Assembly (NCBI GenBank): GCA_963730325.1
Contig: CAVSRC010000006.1
Span: forward strand, 2,693 to 66,692
Length of the DNA: 64,000 nucleotides
Direction of reading: 5' to 3'
Source: an uncultured Alphaproteobacteria bacterium
GTDB lineage: Bacteria; Pseudomonadota; Alphaproteobacteria; Rhizobiales; Kaistiaceae
Shown here one piece after another: positions 27,873 through 37,676 of the stretch (the stretch's first letter is position 1; each line of letters begins with the position of its first letter). A program made the translations under genes and the position numbers. The notes beneath the pieces are model-generated. The model did no database searches. It had not been told where the DNA came from and was given only the letters and a program-made list of their open reading frames with translations.

Positions 27873-29336
27873 TCAACCCAGCTTCCTCAGCGCGTTGATG
27901 ATGCGCTTGCGCCAAATGCCGGTCAAACCGGGCTTTTGTGAGCCATCGCGCTCCGCCAGACCGGCGGCGACGCGCCGCGAGATCTCGGCGCGCGTCAGAT
28001 AGGGCGCCGGCAGCGCGGCCAGCGCCGAAAGCGGCAGGTGCTGGGAGACGGCCAGCGACCACAGGGCGATCATCTCGCCGGCATCGTGGCCAGCGATCGC
28101 CGCGCCGAGAACCCGGCCGCCGCGGCCGGCCACCACCTTGATCATACCGGCCGGCATGCGCTCGATCTGGGCGCGCTCGTTCTCGGCGAAGGGGAAGCGC
28201 AGAACGCGCACGGCCGCACCGTGACGGCGGCGCGCCTCGGCCTCGTCGAGGCCGACGCTGGCCAGGCCCGGATCGGTGAAGGCGACGAAGGGCGCTTCGC
28301 CGGACCGGTCGGCGACCGGCAGGCGGAAAAGGATCGCGCGCACCACCTGGCGCGCCTGCGCCTGGCTGCGCGTGGCGTCGGCGCGCCCGGCGACGGCATC
28401 GCCGATGGCATAGACGCGGCGGTTGCCGGTCCTCAGATTGCGGTCGACGACGATGCCGCCGGCATCGGCGCGGATGCCGGCGATGGTGAGATCGAGGCCG
28501 TCGATATTGGGTTTGCGGCCGCCGGCGATCAGCAGATGCGAGCCGTCGATGGCGGCGGCGTCTCCCTCCGGGTCGGAAACGGTGAAGCGCACGCCGCCAC
28601 GGCGCCGGCCGACCGAGACGATATCGACGCCGACGCGCACGCGGATGCCCTCGGCGCGCAGCCGGTCGACGACGATGGCCGTGAGCTCCGGATCGGCCTC
28701 GGGCAGGGCCGGACCGCGATCGAGCACGGTGGTGTCGATGCCGAGCCGGTTGATGGCCTGCGCCAGCTCCAGCCCCTCGCGGCCGGCGCCGAGCACGATG
28801 AGATGGTTCGGCTTGCGGCTGAGATCGAACAGGCCGGAGAGCGTCAGCACGTCGATGCCGTCGAGGCCGGGGATATCGGGTGGCGCCGGCTCGCTGCCGA
28901 CCGCCAGGATGGTGCGGCGGGCGCGGATGGTGGCCTCGCCGGCCTCGATCGTGTCGCGATCGGTGAAGCGGGCGGCCCCCTCGACCACGCGGATATCGAA
29001 GGCGGCCAGGCGCTCGGCCGAGACATTGGCGGCAATCGCGGCACCGACGCCGGCCATATGCTCGCGCACCTTGGCAAAATTGACCTGGAGCGGCGCCCCG
29101 GTGACGCCCATGGCGGGGCCGCGGCGCAGAAATTCGTTGATTTCCGCGGCGACGAGGAGCGCCTTGGCGGGAATCGAGCCGGCGGTCAGGTCGCTGCCGC
29201 CGAGCGGCCCCTTGGCGACCAGGACGACGGGAACGCCCTCGCCGGCAGCGGCAAAAGCCGCGGCAATGCCCGCCGGGCCGCCGCCTATCACGCATATGTC
29301 AGGAGTCAGGGTGTCCGGCATGTGTGTCGTCTTCAA
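27873..29336 (-). CDS. Class I pyridine nucleotide-disulfide oxidoreductase homologue (lipoamide dehydrogenase-like) lacking the redox-active cysteines
   Basis: FAD motif VIGGGPAG and NAD motif VLGAGREG are retained. The canonical GGTCLNVGCIPSKALL site reads GGSDLTAGSIPAKALL, so both Cys are replaced. The stop lies 4 nt before the kinase start. Confidence 0.85.
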   Translation of the reverse strand: MKTTHMPDTLTPDICVIGGGPAGIAAAFAAAGEGVPVVLVAKGPLGGSDLTAGSIPAKALLVAAEINEFLRRGPAMGVTGAPLQVNFAKVREHMAGVGAAIAANVSAERLAAFDIRVVEGAARFTDRDTIEAGEATIRARRTILAVGSEPAPPDIPGLDGIDVLTLSGLFDLSRKPNHLIVLGAGREGLELAQAINRLGIDTTVLDRGPALPEADPELTAIVVDRLRAEGIRVRVGVDIVSVGRRRGGVRFTVSDPEGDAAAIDGSHLLIAGGRKPNIDGLDLTIAGIRADAGGIVVDRNLRTGNRRVYAIGDAVAGRADATRSQAQARQVVRAILFRLPVADRSGEAPFVAFTDPGLASVGLDEAEARRRHGAAVRVLRFPFAENERAQIERMPAGMIKVVAGRGGRVLGAAIAGHDAGEMIALWSLAVSQHLPLSALAALPAPYLTRAEISRRVAAGLAERDGSQKPGLTGIWRKRIINALRKLG

Positions 29337-29435
29337 ATCCTAGCGATTCCTGCGGTCGAAACGGTGGCAATGATAGCCGCTTTCCGGTAAAAGCCACCGC
29401 ACGAGAACGACCGCCGCGGCCGGAGGTGGTTCGCG

Positions 29436-29464
29436 TTGACTCGATTCAACCCGCTCCTTATAAG
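29436..29464 (+). promoter_or_regulatory. Sigma70-type promoter of rpmH
   Basis: TTGACT (29436-29441), 17-nt spacer, TATAAG (29459-29464), about 35 nt upstream of the rpmH ATG. Confidence 0.5.
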
Positions 29465-29499
29465 CCCGGCGCGGCCGGTCCGCGCGGAGACGACACGAT

Positions 29500-29634
29500 A
29501 TGAAACGTACCTATCAACCGAGCAAGCTGGTCCGCAAGCGCCGCCACGGCTTCCGCGCGCGCATGGCCACGACCGGCGGCCGCAAGGTGATTGCCGCCCG
29601 CCGCTCCCGCGGCCGCAAGCGGCTCTCGGCCTGA
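29500..29634 (+). CDS. rpmH: 50S ribosomal protein L34
   Basis: Own translation: [44 protein letters not shown] (44 aa, below the ORF-track cutoff). Conserved position upstream of rnpA. Confidence 0.97.
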   Translation: MKRTYQPSKLVRKRRHGFRARMATTGGRKVIAARRSRGRKRLSA

Positions 29635-29655
29635 GGTCGGGCAGATCCGGCCGGC

Positions 29656-30015
29656 ATGGAGCGCCTGAGGCGCCGCGCCGATTTCAAGGCTGTTGCCGGC
29701 GGCAGACGGGTCTCGCGACCGGGTTTCGTGCTGCAGGCGCGAGAGAATTCCGAGGGCGACGGGCAGAATCCACCGCGGATTGGGTTCACGGTGACGCGGA
29801 AAATCGGCAATGCGGTCGTGCGCAATCGCATCCGCCGGCGGCTCAGGGCAGCGGTCGGCGCCGTCGGTGGAAACCTTGAAACCGCCACGGATTATGTGCT
29901 TGTCGGGCGTCGTGCCGCCCTGACCCTTCAATTCCAGCGGCTGGTTACCGATCTAGAGACCGGGTTGGCCGCACTATCGCGCAACCGACAAGCGCCGGAC
30001 AGGTCCGTTCAATGA
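29656..30015 (+). CDS. rnpA: Ribonuclease P protein component
   Basis: Basic RNR-like motif KIGNAVVRNRIRRRLR. In the rpmH-rnpA-yidC synteny, with an ATGA overlap with yidC. Confidence 0.92.
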   Translation: MERLRRRADFKAVAGGRRVSRPGFVLQARENSEGDGQNPPRIGFTVTRKIGNAVVRNRIRRRLRAAVGAVGGNLETATDYVLVGRRAALTLQFQRLVTDLETGLAALSRNRQAPDRSVQ

Positions 30016-32042
30016 CCGACAATAATCGCAATTTCATCGTGGCGATCGTGCTGTCGATGGTCGTTCTGTTCGGCTGGCAGTTCTTCATTGCCGGGCCGCA
30101 GATCGACCAGGCGCGCAAGCAGCAGGAGGCCGCCCAGCAGCAGGCGGCGGAACAGCAGCAGCAGCAAGCGCAGCAGCCGGCAGCGACGGCCGACCAGTCC
30201 GCAAGCGGCGCCGGCACCACGCCGGCACCGGCGGCCGGCACGGCGCCCGCAGCGTCGGTGCAGCAGACGGCCGAAACCCGCGACGAGGCGCTCGCCCAGA
30301 GCAAGCGGGTGCCGATCGCGACGGCGAGCATCACCGGCTCGATCAACCTCACCGGCGGCCGCGTCGACGATATCCGCCTCAACGACTATCACGAGACCGT
30401 CGACAAGCAGAGCCCGACCATCATCCTGCTCAGCCCGAGCGGCGGGCCGGAGGCCTATTTCGCCGATTTCGGCTGGGCGGGCGCGGCCGGCGCCGGACCC
30501 CTGCCCGGTCCCTCGACCGTATGGACGGCACCGGCGGACGCGACGCTGACGCCGGACACGCCGGTGACGCTGACCTACGACAACGGCGCCGGCCTCGTCT
30601 TCAGCCGCCAGATCGCCATCGACGACAAGTTCATGCTGACGGTGAACGACAGCGTCACCAACAAGGGCAATGCCAGCGTCGCCCTGTCGCCCTACGGCCG
30701 CATCACCCGCGTCGGCGAGCCCAAGGTCTCGGGCTACTGGATCCTGCATGAGGGCCTGGTCGGCGTGATCGGCGACAAGAGCCTGCAGGAATACAAGTAC
30801 AAGGACATCCTGAAGGACCACGAGGTGTCGTGGACCGACAAGACCGGCGGCTGGCTCGGCATCACCGACAAGTACTGGGCGGCGACGCTGATCCCCGAGC
30901 AGACCCAGGCCTACACGGCGCGCTATATCGGCAAGGAAAGCGGCACCACGCCGGTCTACGAGACCGACTTCACCGCCGCGGCGGAGTCTCTCGCGCCCGG
31001 CGCGACCATCAGCCAGACCACCCACCTGTTCGCCGGCGCCAAGCAGGTGAGCGTGCTGTCCGCCTACAGCAGCAAGCTCGGCATCGAGAAATTCGACCTG
31101 CTGATCGACTGGGGATGGTTCTTCTTCATCACCAAGCCGATGTTCTACGTGATCGACTGGCTGTTTCGCGTGTTCGGCAATTTCGGCGTCGCCATCCTGC
31201 TGGTGACCGTGATCGTCAAGGCGATCTTCTTCCCGCTCGCCAACAAGTCCTACAAGTCGATGAGCGCGATGAAGAAGGTGCAGCCGCAGATGACGGCGCT
31301 GCGCGAGCAATACAAGGACGACAAGGTCAAGCAGCAAGAAGCCTTGATGCAGCTCTACAAGACCGAGAAGATCAACCCGCTCGCCGGCTGCTGGCCGATG
31401 GTGATCCAGATCCCGGTCTTCTTCTCGCTCTACAAGGTGCTGTTCGTCACCATCGAGATGCGCCACGCGCCGTTCTTCGGCTGGATCCAGGACCTCTCGG
31501 CGCCCGACCCGACGCACATCTTCAACCTGTTCGGACTGCTGCCCTACGACCCGGCAACGGTGCCGATGATCGGCTCGTTCCTGGCGATCGGCATTTGGCC
31601 GGTGATCATGGGCATCACCATGTTCGTGCAGATGAAGCTGAACCCGACGCCGCCCGACCCCACCCAGGCGATGCTGTTCACCTGGATGCCGGTGCTGTTC
31701 ACCTTCATGCTGGCGTCGTTCCCGGCCGGCCTGGTGATCTACTGGGCGTGGAACAACACGCTGTCGGTGACCCAGCAATACATCATCATGCGGCGCCAGG
31801 GGGCCGAGGTGGATCTCCTCGGCAACATCCTCGGGACCTTCGGGGTGAAGCCGAAGAAGAAGCCGGTTCATGTCGCCGCGCCGTCGAGCAGCCACGCCCC
31901 GGCAACGCCGAAGGCGGCCAACAATTCGGCGGCGCCGCAGGCGACCCAGCGCAAGTCGGCAAAATCGACGGTGAAATCGCGCCGCGCTGCCCGGGCCAAG
32001 GCGAAGTCCAAGGCCGCCAAGCCCGCCGACGCCAAGAGCTAG
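30012..32042 (+). CDS. yidC: Membrane protein insertase YidC
   Basis: N-terminal TM, large periplasmic domain, and the conserved 60-kDa IMP core (..[12 protein letters not shown].., ..[10 protein letters not shown]..). Also a Q/A-rich insert and a long Lys/Ala-rich C-terminal tail. Confidence 0.95.
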   Translation: MTDNNRNFIVAIVLSMVVLFGWQFFIAGPQIDQARKQQEAAQQQAAEQQQQQAQQPAATADQSASGAGTTPAPAAGTAPAASVQQTAETRDEALAQSKRVPIATASITGSINLTGGRVDDIRLNDYHETVDKQSPTIILLSPSGGPEAYFADFGWAGAAGAGPLPGPSTVWTAPADATLTPDTPVTLTYDNGAGLVFSRQIAIDDKFMLTVNDSVTNKGNASVALSPYGRITRVGEPKVSGYWILHEGLVGVIGDKSLQEYKYKDILKDHEVSWTDKTGGWLGITDKYWAATLIPEQTQAYTARYIGKESGTTPVYETDFTAAAESLAPGATISQTTHLFAGAKQVSVLSAYSSKLGIEKFDLLIDWGWFFFITKPMFYVIDWLFRVFGNFGVAILLVTVIVKAIFFPLANKSYKSMSAMKKVQPQMTALREQYKDDKVKQQEALMQLYKTEKINPLAGCWPMVIQIPVFFSLYKVLFVTIEMRHAPFFGWIQDLSAPDPTHIFNLFGLLPYDPATVPMIGSFLAIGIWPVIMGITMFVQMKLNPTPPDPTQAMLFTWMPVLFTFMLASFPAGLVIYWAWNNTLSVTQQYIIMRRQGAEVDLLGNILGTFGVKPKKKPVHVAAPSSSHAPATPKAANNSAAPQATQRKSAKSTVKSRRAARAKAKSKAAKPADAKS

Positions 32043-32058
32043 AGGCGACGGGCAGCCC

Positions 32059-32709
32059 ATGCCCGAGATCGACGACGCGCAAAAAGAGGCCGAGCGCCTG
32101 GAGGCGGGACGGCTGTTCTTCGCCAGGCCATGGCAATTCATCGCCGGGGCGCCCAAGGCCGCCGACCTGCCCACCGCCGATGCCGTCGAGGTCGCCTTCG
32201 CCGGCCGGTCGAATGTCGGCAAATCGTCGCTGTTGAACGCCCTCACCGGCAGGAACGCTCTGGCGCGCACCTCCAACACGCCGGGGCGAACGCGCGAGCT
32301 CAACCTGTTCTCGGCGGAGGCGGGCGTGGCCATCGTCGACATGCCCGGCTACGGCTATGCGCGCGCCTCGAAAGCCGACGTGGCGGCGTGGACGCGCACG
32401 GTGTTCGACTATCTGCGCGGGCGGCCGCGGCTGAGGCGCGTCTATGTGCTGGTCGACGCCCGCCACGGCCTCAAGCCCAATGACACGGAGGCGCTCGCCA
32501 CCCTCGACAAGGCGGCGGTCTCCTATCAGATCGTGCTGACCAAGGCGGACAAGGTGAAGGCCGGCGAACTGCCGGAGGTCATCGCGGCGACGGCGGCGAA
32601 GCTTGCCAAGCGCCCGGCGGCGCACCCTGAGGTGCTGGCGACATCGTCGACGACCGGCGCAGGAATCGCCGAACTCAGAGCGGAGATCGCAGCGCTGGCT
32701 TCAAAATGA
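32059..32709 (+). CDS. engB: Ribosome biogenesis GTPase YsxC/EngB
   Basis: G1 [15 protein letters not shown]3 DMPGYG, G4 TKADK. Conserved position after yidC. Confidence 0.93.
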   Translation: MPEIDDAQKEAERLEAGRLFFARPWQFIAGAPKAADLPTADAVEVAFAGRSNVGKSSLLNALTGRNALARTSNTPGRTRELNLFSAEAGVAIVDMPGYGYARASKADVAAWTRTVFDYLRGRPRLRRVYVLVDARHGLKPNDTEALATLDKAAVSYQIVLTKADKVKAGELPEVIAATAAKLAKRPAAHPEVLATSSTTGAGIAELRAEIAALASK

Positions 32710-32714
32710 GCGCG

Positions 32715-32847
32715 AGGTTCCCGCGCAGGCGGGAACCCAGTAGCCGCCGAAATCCGTTGTTTGAGCCGTGCGGCCGCCAACAGGACCGATGCTCCAAATC
32801 GCCAGTCCTTGCGATTACTGGGTCCCCGCCTGCGCGGGGACCTACAA
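32715..32847 (+). repeat. 133-nt MITE-like palindromic element, copy L
   Basis: 27-nt terminal inverted repeats (ggttcccgcgcaggcgggaacccagta vs the reverse complement of tactgggtccccgcctgcgcggggacc; 25/27 match). Each TIR is itself a 9-bp hairpin. Near-identical copy at 33179-33312. Confidence 0.8.
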
Positions 32848-32848
32848 G

Positions 32849-33148
32849 TCACCGCCACGCTGCAATCATTGGATACAGATCATCCCAGTTGGGATTCTTC
32901 TCTTCGATCAGGCGCACCTTCCAGGCGCGATTCCATTTCTTGATCTGCCGCTCGCGCAAGATCGCCTGCTCGAGATCGTCGTAAGGCTCGAAATAGACGA
33001 GTCGCGTTACGCCGTATTTCTTCGTGAAGCCCGGAGCGGCCTTTGCTCGGTGCTCGAACACGCGCCGGACGAGGTCGTTGGTCGAACCGACATAGAGTGT
33101 GCCGCCGATGCGGCTGGCGAGAATGTAGACGTAGCAATCTCCGGCCAT
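32849..33148 (-). CDS. GIY-YIG (URI domain) nuclease family protein
   Basis: GIY-YIG motif YVYILASRIGGTLYVGSTNDLVRRVFEH..G plus downstream LVYFE and E..IK.W elements. 99 aa. Confidence 0.88.
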   Translation of the reverse strand: MAGDCYVYILASRIGGTLYVGSTNDLVRRVFEHRAKAAPGFTKKYGVTRLVYFEPYDDLEQAILRERQIKKWNRAWKVRLIEEKNPNWDDLYPMIAAWR

Positions 33149-33178
33149 GACCGCAGTATAGTGTCATTCTCACAGCCC

Positions 33179-33312
33179 AGGTTCCCGCGCAGGCGGGAAC
33201 CCAGTAGCCACCGAAGGTCCGTTGTTTGAGCCGTGCGGCCGCCAACAGGACCGATGCTCCAAATCGCCAATCCTTGCGATTACTGGGTCCCCGCCTGCGC
33301 GGGGACCTACAA
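33179..33312 (+). repeat. 133-nt MITE-like palindromic element, copy R
   Basis: Direct repeat of 32715-32847 with 3 substitutions and a 1-nt indel. Same 27-nt TIR structure. Confidence 0.8.
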
Positions 33313-33376
33313 ACCTCGGTTTGTCCCCCTGTCGCAAACCCGGTATAGACCGGCCCTCACCAGACGGACGACGATC

Positions 33377-34282
33377 ATGAGCCAGACCACCGACCAGGAC
33401 ACCGCCGAGGCGATCGCCCGCGCCCGGCTGATCTCGGCGGCGCTGCCCTACATGCTGGCCTATGACGGCAAGGTGGTGGTGGTGAAATATGGCGGCCACG
33501 CCATGGGCGACCCGGACCTTGCCAAGGCGTTTGCCCGCGACATCACGCTGCTCGAGACCTCCGGCGCGCGCCCTGTGGTGGTGCATGGCGGCGGACCCCA
33601 GATCGGCGACATGCTGAAGCGCCTCGACATCCAGTCCGAATTCCGCTCAGGCCTCCGCGTCACCGACAAACGCACCGTCGAGGTGGTCGAGATGGTGCTC
33701 GCCGGCTCGATCAACAAGGAGATCGTGATGGCGATCAATGCCGAGGGAGGCAAGGCGGTCGGCCTCTCCGGCAAGGACGGCAACATGGTGTTCGCCGAAA
33801 AGGTGACGCGCAGCGAGATCGACCCCGATTCCAATATCGAGAAGATCGTCGATCTCGGCTTCGTCGGCGAACCGAAGAAGGTCAACCGCGCGGTGATCGA
33901 CATGGTGCTGTCGGCCGAGCTGATCCCGGTGATCGCGCCGGTGGCGCCGGGGCTGGACGGGGCGACCTATAACGTCAACGCCGATACCTTTGCCGGCGCC
34001 GTCGCCGGCGCGCTCGGCGCCACGCGCCTGCTCTTTCTCACCGACGTGCCCGGCGTGCTCGACAAGAACGGCAAGCTGCTCAAGGAGCTGACCGTGGGCG
34101 ACGTGCGCAAGCTGATCGCCGACGGCACCATCACCGGCGGCATGATCCCCAAGGTCGAGACCTGCATCGAGGCGCTCGGCCGCGGCGTCGAGGGCGTCGT
34201 CATCCTCAACGGCAAGACGCCGCATGCGGTGCTGCTCGAGCTCTATACCGACCACGGCGCCGGCACGCTGATCCTGCCATGA
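33377..34282 (+). CDS. argB: Acetylglutamate kinase
   Basis: [10 protein letters not shown] and [10 protein letters not shown] motifs and AAK fold. ATG at 33377; the upstream part of the track ORF runs through the repeat element. Confidence 0.95.
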   Translation: MSQTTDQDTAEAIARARLISAALPYMLAYDGKVVVVKYGGHAMGDPDLAKAFARDITLLETSGARPVVVHGGGPQIGDMLKRLDIQSEFRSGLRVTDKRTVEVVEMVLAGSINKEIVMAINAEGGKAVGLSGKDGNMVFAEKVTRSEIDPDSNIEKIVDLGFVGEPKKVNRAVIDMVLSAELIPVIAPVAPGLDGATYNVNADTFAGAVAGALGATRLLFLTDVPGVLDKNGKLLKELTVGDVRKLIADGTITGGMIPKVETCIEALGRGVEGVVILNGKTPHAVLLELYTDHGAGTLILP

Positions 34283-35016
34283 ACGCCCGGCTGCCTGCCC
34301 CCGACGGGCCGGCGCTCACCCGGTTCCTGGGCATCGACAACTGGGTCTTCGACCTCGACAACACGCTCTATCCGCGCCACGTCAACCTGTTCGTGCAGGT
34401 CGACCGGCGCATCCGCGCCTATGTCGGGCGGCTGCTCGACATCGGCCCGGACGAGGCCCATCGCGTGCAGAAGGACTATTACCAGCGCTACGGGACGACG
34501 CTGCGCGGGCTGATGGAGGAGCACGGCATCCAGCCCGACGACTTCCTCGAATACGTCCACGACATCGACCATTCGGTGGTCAAGCCGGACCCGCGGCTGG
34601 CCAGGGCCATCGAGCGGCTGCCGGGGCGCAAGTTCATCTTCACCAACGGCTCCAGAGCGCATGCCGAGAAGGTGGCGGAGCGGCTCGGCATTCCCGACCA
34701 TTTCGAGAGGATCTTCGACATCGTCTCGTCCGAGCTCCTGCCCAAGCCCAACCGCGAGACCTATGACCGCTTTCTCAGGGTCACCGGCGTCGATCCCAGG
34801 CGGGCGGCGATGTTCGAGGACCTGGCGCGCAATCTGGAAGCGCCCAAGGCGCTCGGCATGGCGACCGTTCTGGTGGTGCCGCACGGCACGCGCGAAGTGC
34901 TGACCGAGGACTGGGAGCTGGAAGGCCGCGACGCGCCGCATGTCGAGTTCGTCAGCGACGACCTCGCCGGCTTCCTCGAGGCGGTGCTCAAGGCAGGCGG
35001 CAACAAGCGGGGCTGA
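34279..35016 (+). CDS. Pyrimidine 5'-nucleotidase (HAD superfamily)
   Basis: HAD motif I DLDNTLY, motif II FTNGS, motif IV FEDLARN. ATGA overlap with argB. Confidence 0.85.
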   Translation: MNARLPAPDGPALTRFLGIDNWVFDLDNTLYPRHVNLFVQVDRRIRAYVGRLLDIGPDEAHRVQKDYYQRYGTTLRGLMEEHGIQPDDFLEYVHDIDHSVVKPDPRLARAIERLPGRKFIFTNGSRAHAEKVAERLGIPDHFERIFDIVSSELLPKPNRETYDRFLRVTGVDPRRAAMFEDLARNLEAPKALGMATVLVVPHGTREVLTEDWELEGRDAPHVEFVSDDLAGFLEAVLKAGGNKRG

Positions 35017-35055
35017 GGCCCTCAATTCCGGCTGGAAGTGCGATAGGCTGCCGCG

Positions 35056-36351
35056 ATGACCCTGATCGCCATCGTCGTCATCGCGCTTCTGATCGTCCTC
35101 AACGGACTGTTCGCCCTTTCCGAGATGGCGCTGGTCTCGGCGCGCCGGACCCGGCTGGAGGCGATGGCCAGGCGCGGCAACCGGGGCGCCACGACGGCCC
35201 TGGCGCTGATCGCCGATCCCAGCCGCTTCTTCGCCACCGTGCAGATCGGCATCACGCTCATCGGCATCGTCGCCGGCGCCTTCAGCGGCACGACGCTGGC
35301 CGACCCGCTTGCCCGGCTTCTCCGGCCGGTGATCGGCGCGCACAGCCATGCCGTCGCGCTGGTCGTCGTGGTGACGCTCATCACCTATCTGTCGCTGATC
35401 GTCGGCGAGCTGGTGCCCAAGCGGCTGGCGCTGACGCGACCGGAGCGGTTCGCCGCGGCGATTGCCCGGCCGATGCAGACGCTTTCGACGATCGCGGCGC
35501 CGGCGGTGTGGCTGCTCAGGCATTCGACCGAGGCGGTGCTCAGCCTCACCGGGCGGCCGGCGGCGCGCGAGACGACGGTCACCGAGGACGAGGTCAAGTC
35601 GCTGATCGCCGAGGGCACGCGGGCCGGCATCTTCGCGCCGGAGGAGCATCTGATGATCAACGGCGTGCTCAGGCTCGCCGACCGCTCGGTGCGGGCGATC
35701 ATGACGCCGCGCGCCGAAGTCGCCTGGATCGACCGGGCGGCGGAGCGCGACCGTCTGGTCGCGGCGGTGACGGCGAGCCGCCATACGCAGTTCATCGTCT
35801 GCGATGGCTCGATCGATGCGCCGGTCGGGCTGGTCAGCACGCGCGACCTGCTGGCGGCGCTGCTCGCCGACCGGCCGCTCGATATCGGCGCCCTGATGAC
35901 GTCGGTGCCCTTCGTGCCCGAGCACACGCCGGTCATCCGGCTGATCGAGGTATTCCGCCGGGCGCACCGGCGCACCGCGGTGGTGGTCGACGAATACGGC
36001 GTCACCGAAGGCGTGGTCAGCGCCACCGACATTCTGGAGAGCATTGCCGGCGCCCTGCCGGATGTCGGCGAGACGCCGGAGAAATCGGTGGTGCGCCGGG
36101 CGGACGGGTCGCTGCTCATCGACGGCATGCTGCCCATCGACGAGTTCGAGGAGCTGACCGGACGGCACGACCTGCGCGGCGGCGCCGATTTCGAGACGCT
36201 TGCCGGCCTGGTGATCAACCGCCTCGGCCGTCTGCCGGACATCGGCGACCGGGTCGCGGTGGACGGGATGACGCTGGAGGTGGTCGACCTCGACGAACGG
36301 CGCATCGACCGGCTGCTGGTGACCCTGCCGCCCCCGTCCGACGAGGGGTGA
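35056..36351 (+). CDS. CNNM/TlyC-family membrane protein (DUF21-CBS pair-CorC_HlyC)
   Basis: Four N-terminal TM helices (DUF21), a CBS pair region, and a C-terminal CorC_HlyC-like domain (..LPIDEFEELTG..ETLAGLV..GRLP..GD..). Confidence 0.88.
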   Translation: MTLIAIVVIALLIVLNGLFALSEMALVSARRTRLEAMARRGNRGATTALALIADPSRFFATVQIGITLIGIVAGAFSGTTLADPLARLLRPVIGAHSHAVALVVVVTLITYLSLIVGELVPKRLALTRPERFAAAIARPMQTLSTIAAPAVWLLRHSTEAVLSLTGRPAARETTVTEDEVKSLIAEGTRAGIFAPEEHLMINGVLRLADRSVRAIMTPRAEVAWIDRAAERDRLVAAVTASRHTQFIVCDGSIDAPVGLVSTRDLLAALLADRPLDIGALMTSVPFVPEHTPVIRLIEVFRRAHRRTAVVVDEYGVTEGVVSATDILESIAGALPDVGETPEKSVVRRADGSLLIDGMLPIDEFEELTGRHDLRGGADFETLAGLVINRLGRLPDIGDRVAVDGMTLEVVDLDERRIDRLLVTLPPPSDEG

Positions 36352-36427
36352 CGCCGGCGCGCGTTGACTTCCCCCGGTGCCCAATTATGGTCCGCGCGCC
36401 CGATCATCGACCAACGGACCTGCCTCC

Positions 36428-37277
36428 ATGACCCCCTCCACCGCCGCCCTGCAAGACAACCATCGAGGCGGCCTACGAAGACCGCGACACCATCGGCCCG
36501 GAGACGACCGGGACGTTGCGCGATGCGGTCGACGCCACGCTCGGCCTGCTCGACAGCGGCGCGGTGCGCGTGGCGCAGAAGACCGATACCGGCTGGACGG
36601 TCAACCAGTGGCTCAAGAAGGCGGTGCTGCTCTCCTTCCGCCTCAATCCGATGGATCTGATCCCCGGCGGCCCGGATGGCGGCGGCTGGTGGGACAAGGT
36701 GCCCTCCAAGTTCGCCGGCTGGGGCCCGGCCGAATTCGCCAAGGCCGGCTTCCGCGCCGTGCCCAACTGCATCGTGCGGCGCTCGGCCTATATCGCGCCG
36801 GGCGTGGTGCTGATGCCCTCCTTCGTCAATCTCGGCGCCCATGTCGATTCCGGCACCATGGTCGATACCTGGGCGACGGTCGGCTCCTGCGCGCAGATCG
36901 GCAAGAACGTGCATATCTCCGGCGGCGCCGGCATCGGCGGCGTGCTGGAGCCCCTGCAGGCGGGGCCGGTCATCATCGAGGACAACTGCTTCATCGGCGC
37001 CCGCGCCGAGGTGGCCGAGGGTGTCATCGTTGGCGAAGGTTCGGTGCTGTCGATGGGCGTCTATCTCGGCGCCTCGACCAAGATCGTCGATCGCGCCACC
37101 GGCGAAATCCACATGGGGTCCGTGCCGCCCTATTCGGTCGTCGTCTCCGGCTCGCTGCCCGGCAAAAACCTGCCCGGCGAGAATTACGGCCCATCGCTCT
37201 ATTGCGCCGTCATCGTCAAGAAAGTCGACGAAAAGACCCGCTCAAAAACGTCGGTCAACGATCTGCTCAGAGACTAG
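36428..37277 (+). CDS. dapD: 2,3,4,5-tetrahydropyridine-2,6-dicarboxylate N-succinyltransferase, with an apparent 1-nt frameshift near codon 10
   Basis: Body of the protein ([15 protein letters not shown]..., hexapeptide repeats) is in the frame of ORF 36516..37277. That frame has a stop at 36429-36431 and no canonical start before TTG 36516. A plausible N-terminus [10 protein letters not shown] with ATG 36428 lies in the +2 frame. One extra base around 36456-36460 (gacaacc) joins the two. Confidence 0.8.
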
Positions 37278-37342
37278 ATACGACTCGTTTCCGCCTGTAG
37301 TCTCGGCCCCCTCATCGAACACGCATCCAGAAGGGGGACGTT

Positions 37343-37612
37343 ATGGGTGGATTTCGACGCTTCATCATCAAGACCGCTGAAGTGATGATGGTGATCTTCG
37401 TCGTCCTGCTGACGATCGCGTTGGCGATCAGCAGCGCGGCCGGGGCGCAGGAATACGGTACCGCGGCTGCGATCGTGGCCTTCTTCGTCGGCGGAATCCT
37501 CGGGTTCATCATCGCAGCGGTGCTGGCGGCCTTCTTCTTCCTGCTCGCCGAGATCGCCGCCAATACGCGCCAGGAAGTGCTGGAGCGGGAGCACCCGCAT
37601 CCGCAGAGCTGA
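37343..37612 (+). CDS. Small hypothetical membrane protein (two hydrophobic helices)
   Basis: AGGGGGA RBS. Two long hydrophobic segments, then a charged tail. High GC3. Confidence 0.6.
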   Translation: MGGFRRFIIKTAEVMMVIFVVLLTIALAISSAAGAQEYGTAAAIVAFFVGGILGFIIAAVLAAFFFLLAEIAANTRQEVLEREHPHPQS

Positions 37613-37676
37613 CGGCGTCGGCGAGGATGCCTGAGCCGTTACCTGCCGGAAGCGGACCAAAATGGGAGGGGCCAGC

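Noticed and set aside
30009-32342. Very long ORFs on the opposite strand or in alternate frames of recognised genes. Examples: 30009..32342(-) 777 aa, 18875..21121(+) 748 aa, 22343..24244(+) 633 aa, 4342..5412(-), 34243..36384(-), 15282..17288(+).
   Set aside because: They overlap genes with clear family signatures. They have Arg/Ala/Gly/Pro/Asp-dominated low-complexity composition with no recognisable motifs. This is the usual stop-codon-poor artefact of GC-rich DNA.
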